From Candidatus Thermofontivivens primus (GTDB taxonomy: Bacteria; Sysuimicrobiota; Sysuimicrobiia; Sysuimicrobiales; Thermofontiviventaceae): a DNA stretch of 45,676 nucleotides. A program made the position numbers and the translations under genes. Positions 37,789 through 45,676 of this stretch are shown here, one piece after another. Under the pieces are notes generated by a model. It saw only the letters and a program-made list of their open reading frames with translations. It ran no database searches and was not told the origin of the DNA. The stretch spans positions 1 to 45,676 of the forward strand of contig JAVKJW010000017.1 of NCBI GenBank assembly GCA_031458695.1. Direction: 5' to 3'. The first letter of the stretch is position 1, and each line of letters starts with the position of its first letter.

Positions 37789-37832
37789 ATTGGAATACCA
37801 GGTAACATCGTGAACGGTGACAGTGGTAAGAG

Positions 37833-38312
37833 GTGAAAACGGTGCGTGTACATCGGCTGCTCACAGCAAAAGAGAAAGCACAGCTCCGACAGGCCATCGA
37901 GGAGGTCGAACGGCACACTAGCGCCGAAGTCTGCGTCATCATCGTCCCTTCGGCCGGAGATCCGGAAGCATTTGCCAGAGCGTATTTTGACGCCGTAGGG
38001 ATCGGGAAAGAAGGCCTGGACAACGGCCTCCTCATCCTTGTTGCCGTCCGCGAGCGAACCGTACGGATCGAAGTGGGACGCGGCCTTGGGGCCGTGATCA
38101 CCCCTCAGGTCGCGCAGCGCATCCTCGATGAGGTAATCCTCCCATGGTTCCGGGAAGGCCGCTACGGTGAGGGATTGCGCTCTGGGGTAGAGGCGTTCGG
38201 AGCGATCCTCAGGGAGCACTTTCCCGAAAGGCCTGGGGTTCCAGGAAGACCGATCCCGGATATTGTGGACACAACCGAGCCATCTCGCATGAAAGACCTA
38301 TTTGGTTCGTAG
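37833..38312 (+). CDS. Stand-alone TPM-domain protein
   Basis: IEEVERHTSAEV, DNGLLILVA, RIEVGRGL, LREHFP; no signal peptide. Confidence 0.88.
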   Translation: MKTVRVHRLLTAKEKAQLRQAIEEVERHTSAEVCVIIVPSAGDPEAFARAYFDAVGIGKEGLDNGLLILVAVRERTVRIEVGRGLGAVITPQVAQRILDEVILPWFREGRYGEGLRSGVEAFGAILREHFPERPGVPGRPIPDIVDTTEPSRMKDLFGS

Positions 38313-38428
38313 GGAGGCACGGAGCAAAGCAACGTGTGCGGTGTCACTTCTCGTCACTTCATGGTGAGCTCAGAGCGACGAGCGACTATTGGACCCATGG
38401 GACCGGTACAAGAGATGGTTCACGCATC

Positions 38429-38995
38429 ATGAGGCGGATCTGGGCTTTTTCCTTCCTCCTCCTCGCGCTCTTTGCGCTGTGGGGAGGCATCACCTACAAC
38501 CGGCTGGTTCGTGCGGAGCAAGCCGTAGCAGTGCAGTGGGCGCAGCTGGAGAACGTCCTCCAGAGGAGACTAGACCTCGTCCCTAACCTCGTTGCCGCGA
38601 CAAGGGGGATCTTCCTCCAAGAACGCGCCATCGTGGAAGCAGTTGTGCAGGCCCGCACGCGCTACCTGGCTACCCCCCCGGGTTCCCCTACCCGTGTTCA
38701 AGAGGCGGCTCGTCTGGAAGCAAGCCTGGGCCGCCTCCTGGCAGTAATCGAGCGCTACCCCGAGTTACGCTCCAGCGAGGCTGTCCAGAGTCTCATGGAT
38801 GAAATTGCCGGGACGGAGAACAGGGTCGCCGTGGAGCGGCGCCGCTACAACGAGCGCGTCCGGGATTACAATACTCTCCTGCAGCGCTTCCCCACCTTCC
38901 TCGTCGCCCGGATAGGAGGATTCACTCCCCGTCCCTATTTCCAGGCGACACGTGGTGCAGAGGAAGCTCCCGAAACGCCCCTTCAATCTCCCTAG
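38429..38995 (+). CDS. lemA: LemA family protein (copy 2)
   Basis: YNRLV, QRRLDLVPNLV, ERYPEL, GTENRVAVERRRYN. Confidence 0.93.
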   Translation: MRRIWAFSFLLLALFALWGGITYNRLVRAEQAVAVQWAQLENVLQRRLDLVPNLVAATRGIFLQERAIVEAVVQARTRYLATPPGSPTRVQEAARLEASLGRLLAVIERYPELRSSEAVQSLMDEIAGTENRVAVERRRYNERVRDYNTLLQRFPTFLVARIGGFTPRPYFQATRGAEEAPETPLQSP

Positions 38996-39043
38996 CTCAC
39001 CCCGGACTTTCCTCAAATTTCTTCCCCCGGACAGTTCCCGCGT

Positions 39044-39955
39044 TTATGATTTTCCCTTTCGGCGCCGCTCCCGCACGGACATCCATATCCAAGTGAGTAC
39101 ACCGGCGAGGATCGCCGGAGGCCAGAAACCCACGTGTAACCCGAGATCCCCATCGGGAAGAGCTTCCAGAGCGATCCCCCAGGTCCAGGAACGCGCCCAC
39201 ATAGGGATGGAGACATCTAGCCGTTGGAGGAGGAAGGTCAGGAGCGTGAGGAGAGCTGTGGCCACAAGGAACGAGGCGGAGAAAAGCCTGAACCACGCAC
39301 GCCAAGCCTCCGCCCTCCCAGGACGCTTCTCCTTTCGGAGGGACCCTGGAGCGTATACCTCGAAGCGTCCCCGCGCAAACCGGATGAGGCTCTCCCCGGG
39401 AAATGTCAAGGCACGGACAGTGAGCCACACATCTCCCCCGGTGATCGCAGCATTCAGAGAGAGCCCGATCCAGGCAAGGGTGCGTACCCCAGGCGGGAAG
39501 CTCAACAGGACCAACCCGGTTACCATCACCAGGACCGGCGAGAGGAGGAGAACGGAGATGAATCCATCCCGGCTCAATGGGCCACAGGGAACGGCAGAGA
39601 GAGGAAGGAACCCGGGAATCCAACCCCTGGAGAAGGCCACGCGGGAGCGGAACACCAGCGCGAGCAGGACGTGAAGGAGCTCATGGATCAAAACCACTCC
39701 CGCCCCCACCAGGAGGAGCTGGACCCCGAAGGGGAAGCGTGGGACAAGGCGCCCTAAGCGGAAGGCCGGGTCGCCGTTGAAGAAGGCTCCCAGGCCGGCA
39801 AACAGCCATGCAGAGGAGTACAGAACCAAAAGGAAAAGCAAGAGCCAGTCGGTAAATTTTGCCTCGAGCCGCCATTCCGCGAAGCGCACAAAACCCCGGG
39901 GGAGAGGGAACTCCTGCTCCCCTGCTTGTGCTCGCGCACGGGCCATCTTTCCCAT
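39044..39955 (-). CDS. DUF3267-like membrane zincin metalloprotease
   Basis: IHELLH (HExxH) in a TM context, later N...GGD motif, several TM segments. Confidence 0.7.
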   Translation of the reverse strand: MGKMARARAQAGEQEFPLPRGFVRFAEWRLEAKFTDWLLLFLLVLYSSAWLFAGLGAFFNGDPAFRLGRLVPRFPFGVQLLLVGAGVVLIHELLHVLLALVFRSRVAFSRGWIPGFLPLSAVPCGPLSRDGFISVLLLSPVLVMVTGLVLLSFPPGVRTLAWIGLSLNAAITGGDVWLTVRALTFPGESLIRFARGRFEVYAPGSLRKEKRPGRAEAWRAWFRLFSASFLVATALLTLLTFLLQRLDVSIPMWARSWTWGIALEALPDGDLGLHVGFWPPAILAGVLTWIWMSVRERRRKGKS

Positions 39956-40353
39956 CTAAACCTCCACGCTACGTTCTCTGGCCCTGAGTCGCCAGGGAGG
40001 AAAATTTCCCCACAGAAGGCTTGGTTCCTGCAGGAAAATCTCATCCTCTAGAGAAAAGAAAGGGACCAAAACCTATGACTTGCCGATGAACGGGGAGAGT
40101 ACGCACCACACGAGGCCCAGAGAGCCGTGAGCGGTGGGAGCACGGTCCGATGTGCGGTGCGGAATGGGCCCGTGAGGCGCGCGGCGAAAGGCGAGACCTT
40201 CGGCTTCGAGGAGCCTCAGCGTTGGCTCCGCAAAGGAATGAGCATGACTGAGTCATTGCCCTCAACGGGCGAAACGTGAACGAGGGTCTGCCAAGTAGCC
40301 AAGCCGGGTTTCTCCCTCGATAGCGGGAGAAAAGAGCCCAGTTGAGGTTTGAT

Positions 40354-40409
40354 GGGTTCGGTGTTCGGTATTCGGTTTTCGCGAGCACCCAATACCCAAC
40401 ACCGAACAC
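40354..40409. repeat. Inverted heptamer arrays (4 x GTRTTCG, then 4 x CSAAYAC) inside T-box stem III
   Basis: gggttcg gtgttcg gtattcg gttttcg / cgagcac ccaatac ccaacac cgaacac. Confidence 0.85.
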
Positions 40410-40444
40410 GAGATTTGCTGGGAACAAGGGTGGCACCACGGAGG

Positions 40445-40486
40445 AGGCCCTTCGTCCCTTCCCGGACGAAGGGCCTATTCATTTTT
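40445..40486 (+). terminator. T-box attenuator terminator
   Basis: AGGCCCTTCGTCC-N6-GGACGAAGGGCCT-ATTCATTTTT; overlaps the 3' arm of the antiterminator. Confidence 0.88.
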
Positions 40487-40500
40487 AGGGAGGTGAACAT

Positions 40501-41859
40501 ATGGAGGCAGTGAAGATCGTTCTTCCAGAGGAGGAGATCCCCAAGGTCTGGTACAACATCCTCTCGGACCTTCCCGTTCCCCTTGACCCTCCTCTCCATC
40601 CAGCTACAAAACAGCCGATAGGGCCAGATGATCTCGCCCCACTCTTTCCCCGGGAGTTGATCCTCCAGGAGGTCAGCCGGGAGCGCTGGATCGAGATCCC
40701 AAAGCCTGTGCGCGACATCTACCGGCTGTGGAGGCCCACCCCGCTCTACCGAGCGAGGCGCTTGGAGGAGACCTTGAAGACACCTGCCCATATCTACTAC
40801 AAGTACGAAGGGGTCAGTCCGGCCGGGAGCCACAAGCCTAACACCGCTGTGGCCCAGGCCTTTTTCAACAAGATCGAAGGCACGAGGCGGCTGACCACAG
40901 AGACGGGTGCGGGACAGTGGGGGAGTGCCCTCGCAATGGCCTGTCGCCTCTTCGACCTCGAGTGCACAGTGTACATGGTCCGGGTGAGCTACCAGCAGAA
41001 GCCCTATCGGCGCGTGATCATGGAGACTTGGGGCGCTGAAGTCTTGAGCAGCCCCAGCGACCGGACGCGCGCAGGGAGGTCGATCCTGGAAACCGATCCT
41101 GACTCCCCGGGAAGCCTAGGCATTGCCATCAGCGAGGCGGTGGAGGATGCAGCTACGCATGATGATACGAAGTACTCCCTCGGCAGCGTGCTCAACCACG
41201 TGCTGCTCCACCAGACGGTGATCGGGCTCGAGGCCAAGCGCCAGATGGAGATCGTAGGCGAGGCCCCCGACGTGGTCATCGCCTGCTGCGGGGGAGGAAG
41301 CAACCTTGCAGGGTTGAGCTTCCCCTTCCTTGCCGATAAGTTCAAGGGCAGTAAGATCCGGGTGGTCGCAGTAGAGCCAGCGGCTTGCCCGACCCTCACC
41401 AAGGGGAAGTATCTCTATGATTTCGGCGATACCGCAGCGACCACCCCGCTGATCAAGATGTATACCCTGGGGCACGGGTTTATCCCTCCAGGGATCCATG
41501 CAGGAGGGTTGCGTTACCACGGGGATGCGCCCACGATCTGTGCTCTCTATCACCACGGGTATCTCGAAGCGGTGGCCTACCACCAGAATCCGGTGTTCGA
41601 GGCCGCGGTCTTGTTTGCACGAACGGAAGGCATCGTCCCTGCCCCGGAGTCGGCGCATGCCATCCGAAAGGCCATCGACGAGGCCATCGAAGCGAGGGAA
41701 GCAGGGGAGAAGCGGGTCATCCTGTTCAACCTCAGCGGCCATGGACACTTCGACCTTAAGGCCTATGAGGAATACCTCGGTGGGAAGCTGAAGGACTTTA
41801 CCTATCCTGAGGAGGAGATCAACCGGGCGATGGCGGATCTGGCCACGCTCCAACCCTAA
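40501..41859 (+). CDS. trpB2: Tryptophan synthase beta chain type 2 (TrpB2)
   Basis: [25 protein letters not shown] (PLP Lys), [33 protein letters not shown]. Confidence 0.96.
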   Translation: MEAVKIVLPEEEIPKVWYNILSDLPVPLDPPLHPATKQPIGPDDLAPLFPRELILQEVSRERWIEIPKPVRDIYRLWRPTPLYRARRLEETLKTPAHIYYKYEGVSPAGSHKPNTAVAQAFFNKIEGTRRLTTETGAGQWGSALAMACRLFDLECTVYMVRVSYQQKPYRRVIMETWGAEVLSSPSDRTRAGRSILETDPDSPGSLGIAISEAVEDAATHDDTKYSLGSVLNHVLLHQTVIGLEAKRQMEIVGEAPDVVIACCGGGSNLAGLSFPFLADKFKGSKIRVVAVEPAACPTLTKGKYLYDFGDTAATTPLIKMYTLGHGFIPPGIHAGGLRYHGDAPTICALYHHGYLEAVAYHQNPVFEAAVLFARTEGIVPAPESAHAIRKAIDEAIEAREAGEKRVILFNLSGHGHFDLKAYEEYLGGKLKDFTYPEEEINRAMADLATLQP

Positions 41860-41961
41860 GCGGGGGAGAAGACGCACTGCAAAGCACCCACCGCCGTAGT
41901 CCAGTTGTGCCAAAGGGCAGTTGCTCCGGGCAACATCTCCTCAGAAATTTTGTCCGGATCA

Positions 41962-42765
41962 CTACTCGCCTGACGCGCGGATGCGAACCTCCCCTTCAGC
42001 CACCATGCGGCGCTCTCCGTAGTACAGGGTGACAACGCTAGCATGAAGCTGCTGAGAGGAACGATGGATCTCCACGTTCCCGTGGAGGAAGGCTGTTTTG
42101 GATTTGTGATCCACCTTGGCCTCTGCGGCGGAGAACTTCGTTCCAGCAAACTCGCCCTTGACGGATCCGGAGGCTAAGGCCTTTTGCGCTTGCAACCAGA
42201 TTGTGATCCTTTCCGCTGTGAGGTACCCATCCTTGCTCTGGACGCGGGGCTTCCCCTCGAGGAGAGCCTCCTGGGTCTTGCGGATGAAAGTCAACCTCTC
42301 CGCAGTTGCCAGGACGTCCGGGGGAAGGAGCAATCGGACACTTTCAGTTGCTCTCAACGTTTCCGTGGCAAGCGTCGCGTGGATCTCGCTCGCACTGAGG
42401 AGGAACTCTTTGGTAGTGACCGTCGCCCCGTTGCTGGCGGTCACTTGTTGGACTGTGTTCTTTGCATCGAGGACGATGGTGACAACCTCCGCAGTGAGTT
42501 CCTCGCTGGAGCGAACCACATGTACCTGGCCTTTGAACGTTGCTCTCCTCCTGTTCTGGTCAAGGGTCATCTCCTGGCTCGTAATGGTGACCTTTCCATC
42601 GGTCACCCTCACCCCTCCGCGGGCGATGACCAGCCCCTTGAGACGGTCAATCTCCACCTCCCTGGCCTGGATGGAGATCTGCGCAGCATCGGCAGCTGCA
42701 ACGCTCCCGACCAGGATGAGAAGAAAGGAGACAATGAGAAGGAGCTCTTCCCTCTTACCTCTCAA
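41962..42765 (-). CDS. Second LptA/OstA-like periplasmic protein
   Basis: Signal peptide; repeated A-x-G-x-V strands (ARGGVRV, FKGQVHV, ASGSVK, LHGNVEI, AEGEVRI). Confidence 0.75.
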   Translation of the reverse strand: MRGKREELLLIVSFLLILVGSVAAADAAQISIQAREVEIDRLKGLVIARGGVRVTDGKVTITSQEMTLDQNRRRATFKGQVHVVRSSEELTAEVVTIVLDAKNTVQQVTASNGATVTTKEFLLSASEIHATLATETLRATESVRLLLPPDVLATAERLTFIRKTQEALLEGKPRVQSKDGYLTAERITIWLQAQKALASGSVKGEFAGTKFSAAEAKVDHKSKTAFLHGNVEIHRSSQQLHASVVTLYYGERRMVAEGEVRIRASGE

Positions 42766-42768
42766 CTC

Positions 42769-43650
42769 CTAACTCCTCCCGCTTTGCCCCTTCAGCCACT
42801 GAACGATGTGCTTGACAAAAGCTTCTAATGTCACCAGACGAGACAGCAGGCTGTCATAAACCTGCTCCTGGTCAATCCCCCAGTAAACATGCACCAGCAA
42901 GTTTCGGAATTTCGACATGTCCACCATCTGCTGAACCAACTCAAATGGGAGGATTCGGGCTTCTCCTAGAATGCGAAAGACATCCTCATAATCCTGCGGC
43001 GCGCGTAAACCCAACCGTGCAATGATGTGGTTGCCGATGTTGATACAGCTCTCCGTTGCCGTTTGCAGCCGTCGCTCCACAACTGCTTGAATATCCCGAT
43101 CCTTCAAGTAAACTTCCTTAGAGACCTGAACCTTCTCCTGTAGAGTTTTCAGATCTTCGCTGATCAGGCGCAGGAATTCGGTGATTCGTTCTTGATCCAC
43201 CGCAGGTTCAGGCATCCCAACCCCCTCCAGGAAATCAACATTCCCCACACGCCGCAACCACCGCGCATCAGGGGCATGACGATAAACAGCTTCGGCAAAG
43301 GCAGCTACCGAATGTGGATCTCTACAAAACAGCAATTGCCCTTCCGCCAATACGCGCCAGGCAAAGTAGGCTGGCGCTTGGTGCAGATTGGCGAAGGTAA
43401 ATTCGTCGGTGTGGAGGGTGCCAGAAATCGTGCTGTACAACTCCGTCTCAAAGCGCTCTAAGGTTTCGCCCTTTAGTGCCTCATCGGGTAGATAAGCGAG
43501 GTCCACGTCGCTGATGGGTGTCGCCTCACCTCGCGCAAAAGAGCCGAAGAGCCAAAGGGCGACTAATCCATCCAGGGAGGCCACCCGACCGGGAAGCTCC
43601 TTCAACCTCTCGGCAATGTCGCTAGGCAAGAGTTGCAGCTTGCTAGGCAT
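42769..43650 (-). CDS. Fused MNT (MntA-like nucleotidyltransferase) and HEPN (HepT/DUF86 RNase) toxin-antitoxin protein
   Basis: LFGSFARGEATPISDVDLA (GSx10DxD) and FRNLLVHVY (Rx4HxY) in one ORF; visibly more AT-rich than its neighbours. Start placed at ATG 43650. Confidence 0.88.
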   Translation of the reverse strand: MPSKLQLLPSDIAERLKELPGRVASLDGLVALWLFGSFARGEATPISDVDLAYLPDEALKGETLERFETELYSTISGTLHTDEFTFANLHQAPAYFAWRVLAEGQLLFCRDPHSVAAFAEAVYRHAPDARWLRRVGNVDFLEGVGMPEPAVDQERITEFLRLISEDLKTLQEKVQVSKEVYLKDRDIQAVVERRLQTATESCINIGNHIIARLGLRAPQDYEDVFRILGEARILPFELVQQMVDMSKFRNLLVHVYWGIDQEQVYDSLLSRLVTLEAFVKHIVQWLKGQSGRS

Positions 43651-43684
43651 AGGAACCTTCCCCTTCTGCGAACTTCCTGTCTCC

Positions 43685-43693
43685 ATTCTACCA
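43685..43693 (-). promoter_or_regulatory. Extended -10 promoter upstream of MNT-HEPN
   Basis: TG-G-TAGAAT on the minus strand, about 35 nt before ATG 43650. Confidence 0.45.
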
Positions 43694-44008
43694 AATCATA
43701 TCACTCGACGATGGATTCTTTTGGCGAAGTTTGGAGATCACTCCTGCACCCCCAGTGTATGCCGATCCCTGAACGGCAGCCAATTCCATGAATGTTCATA
43801 TCAAGATCGTGTATGATCATATCAGTCTTCCCTCAGGGAGCGGGGGTTCCCATCGCCATCAGAGTGCTCTTCCCGTAGCTCATCGGTTCCTACTTCCATG
43901 GCCGGAGCGCTGCAACATGTCCATACTTAATTGCTCCCAGAATTTCAGCCTGCGGACCTGCCGAGGGCTGCCTGCTCCCCCGGACAACCAGCTATCAAGC
44001 ATTGGGTT

Positions 44009-45226
44009 TCAACGCGGGGAGAAAACCATCTGGATCGGATACGTGGACCCCGCTTCTGGCATAGTGGATACAAAGACCATTCGCCTCTCCAAGGGCTCCA
44101 GGCGAATCGTGGCAAGTGTCTGTGATACTCCCGATTGTACCAGCGATACCCCTACCACATCCCTGTCCACCAGGAATGTCCCCATGGCCGGACCGGCCAG
44201 GGCAGTTGCACGAACAACAGCCTGACGGGCATGCGTGCTTGGGTTGAATAGGTTTACACGAATGGTATAGATCACGCCATAAGTCCCATGGGAGATCTCG
44301 CCGAGAGGAGGTCCGTTCTGATGATCCTTTCCCCCAATGATCACCGGAGTAGGGCTCGTAGACTCGTAGTTCACCACTAGATCCCGTCGAGGAGACGGAA
44401 AGACCCCACGGAGGTGTTTGGTGTCTCGGTTGATCAGATAACTCTCTTGTGCTGGCTCCAAGTCGCCCTCCAGCAATCCAGCCACGTCTAACACAACTCC
44501 TTTCCCCTGCAGAAGCCGAACCTGGAGGATGCCACTCCCAACGTGGTCCGGAGGCAATATCACCTCCGAGAGAGGTCTGGTAGTATGCCCAGGAATCTCA
44601 AGGATCTGGCCCGTCTCAGACCAGTACAGGCGGAGCCAGCGGCTTGCAGCGGCATGCCCTGCATAAAGCGCAGCCCTCACAGGCCCCGCGTGGGCGTCGC
44701 TTACCCAGATTCGGGCCGGTCGAGGGGAGGGGTTTGCAACCCTCACAACGAGATGCATAGGGCGACCCTTCACGCCGTTCCTGTGATGGTAAAGAAGCCG
44801 AGCGACTTCTCCCAGGCCCAGGCTGCCCCGGAATAACCCCTTGGTCCAGGCTAGGGTCTCCGGACTATTGCTTACAAACAGCATACCGGCATCCTGCCAC
44901 GGGATCGTCACGTTCCGCACCGTCACCGGGAAAACCTTCACGACGGTCGTTCCGGCGGCCGTTCTTCCTTGGACCTTCACCCTCAAATACATCTCAGCGC
45001 CGTAGGAAAGGTCTTGGATGGTCGTCAGGAATACCAACGTGGGATCTCCAGAGTACGTCCAGGCGAACGCTCTCCGGACTGCCCACACCACGAAGTCTGC
45101 GGGCGCTGGATCTCCTGTAACCTCCACCAGCAGGCGCTCCCGGTGATCCGCCTCCTCCAGTTGCGAGAACGCAGGCAGAATCACCACACAGAATGTCAGA
45201 AAGGCAAGGATCCCTAATAGTCGCAT
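44009..45226 (-). CDS. Hypothetical exported beta-rich protein
   Basis: 405 aa with a signal peptide and motifs FVSNSPE, RLLYHHRN and GTYGVIY; no function recognised. Confidence 0.7.
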   Translation of the reverse strand: MRLLGILAFLTFCVVILPAFSQLEEADHRERLLVEVTGDPAPADFVVWAVRRAFAWTYSGDPTLVFLTTIQDLSYGAEMYLRVKVQGRTAAGTTVVKVFPVTVRNVTIPWQDAGMLFVSNSPETLAWTKGLFRGSLGLGEVARLLYHHRNGVKGRPMHLVVRVANPSPRPARIWVSDAHAGPVRAALYAGHAAASRWLRLYWSETGQILEIPGHTTRPLSEVILPPDHVGSGILQVRLLQGKGVVLDVAGLLEGDLEPAQESYLINRDTKHLRGVFPSPRRDLVVNYESTSPTPVIIGGKDHQNGPPLGEISHGTYGVIYTIRVNLFNPSTHARQAVVRATALAGPAMGTFLVDRDVVGVSLVQSGVSQTLATIRLEPLERRMVFVSTMPEAGSTYPIQMVFSPR

Positions 45227-45373
45227 GTGTGACTAGCCCAGAAATATGTTCGCTTCTATCCACTTATTATCCCATATGCCCAGTAACCGCTCATGTTCTG
45301 TCTTGAATTTTCTATCAGAATCGTGTATGATAAAAACATTCCAACCTCCAGGTGATCGAGCAGGTGGCACGTA

Positions 45374-45382
45374 TGCTATAAT
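45374..45382 (+). promoter_or_regulatory. Extended -10 promoter (TGcTATAAT)
   Basis: Consensus TGnTATAAT directly before SD AGGAGGT and ATG 45398. Confidence 0.6.
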
Positions 45383-45397
45383 CCAACCAGGAGGTCT

Positions 45398-45676
45398 ATG
45401 GTGGCTGCAGAGTCTCTGGAGGTCCGAATGGCCCGGCTTGAGGGCGCTTATGCCCAGATCTCTGAGCGTCTCGGTGGCATCGAGGAGCGGCTCGTCCATC
45501 TGGAGACGCGACTCAGCGCGGAAATCACAGGCCTGCGAAATGAGATTCGCACCGAGTTCGCAGGGCTACGTAGCGAGTTCGGAGCGGAGATCGGAAGCCT
45601 GCGTAACGAATTCAGCTCGGAGATCGGAAGCCTGCGCAACGAATTCAGCTCGGAGATCGGAAGCCTGCGCACAGAA
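45398..45676 (+). CDS. Coiled-coil protein with 11-residue repeats (DUF1640/CCDC90-like), runs off the window
   Basis: Not in the ORF track. SD AGGAGGT, then MVAAESLEVRMARLEGAYAQISERL...EIGSLRNEFSS EIGSLRNEFSS EIGSLRTE. Confidence 0.75.
   Translation, partial: MVAAESLEVRMARLEGAYAQISERLGGIEERLVHLETRLSAEITGLRNEIRTEFAGLRSEFGAEIGSLRNEFSSEIGSLRNEFSSEIGSLRTE
45585..45676 (+). repeat. 33-bp in-frame tandem repeat, at least 2.8 copies
   Basis: cggagatcggaagcctgcg(t/c)aacgaattcagct at 45585 and 45618, partial copy at 45651. Confidence 0.92.

Larger units (their letters stand above)
40082..40486 (+). ncRNA. Tryptophan T-box riboswitch (transcription antitermination type)
   Basis: K-turn GCCGAUGA/GAGGC, AGUA/GAA S-turn, AGAGAG bulge, GGUG apical loop. 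Specifier UGG (Trp) at 40165-40167. Stem II GGCGAA...AGUAGCC. Antiterminator AAGGG-UGGCACC-ACGG...CCCUU (40426-40460). Confidence 0.93.

Noticed and set aside
40041..40439. 132-aa minus-strand ORF
   Set aside because: Coincides with the T-box RNA; its TEYRTPN-type sequence is translated heptamer repeat.
43700..44008. Pseudogene or IS remnant upstream of MNT-HEPN
   Set aside because: Only short ORFs with no recognisable motifs and no terminal inverted repeats.
45233..45499. 88-aa minus-strand ORF (and 45448-45672)
   Set aside because: Overlaps the better supported plus-strand gene, which has a promoter and SD; the rest is AT-rich divergent promoter DNA.
45585..45676. 33-bp repeats as a possible CRISPR array
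   Set aside because: The copies are contiguous with no spacers, lie in frame in a CDS, and no cas genes are present.

Overview
A GC-rich bacterial chromosomal window with no phage, IS element or CRISPR array. Positions 1-23300 form one minus-strand outer-membrane biogenesis operon behind a near-consensus sigma70 promoter. Its order is: exported biotinyl/lipoyl-fold protein, SpoIVB-like S55 peptidase, tamB, alternative sigma factor, single-TM protein, bamA (3 POTRA), unknown OM protein, three Skp/OmpH paralogues, lpxD-lpxC-fabZ-lpxA-lpxB, lptC-lptA-lptB-lptF/G and an ArnT-like transferase. Upstream lies glmU-prs-wecA/tagO-wecB. This layout plus a T-box riboswitch suggests a diderm Terrabacteria lineage such as Armatimonadota/CSP1-3 (inference). 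The right half holds hsp20, a DinB protein, an atypical Fpg, a DUF62 SAM hydrolase, ccdA, an S41 protease, a CYTH-DNPH1 fusion, an ABC-ATPase, lemA-TPM-TPM-lemA and a DUF3267 protein. It continues with an expanded Trp T-box ahead of trpB2, a second LptA-like gene, a fused MNT-HEPN toxin-antitoxin gene and a hendecad coiled-coil gene. The best leads are a candidate sigma/anti-sigma/S55 envelope-signalling module, the CYTH-DNPH1 fusion, the expanded Trp T-box, the MNT-HEPN fusion with an internal start, and 7/8/9-mer tandem repeats found at gene junctions, inside lpxC and inside the riboswitch. All calls come from motif recognition by eye; no searches were run.
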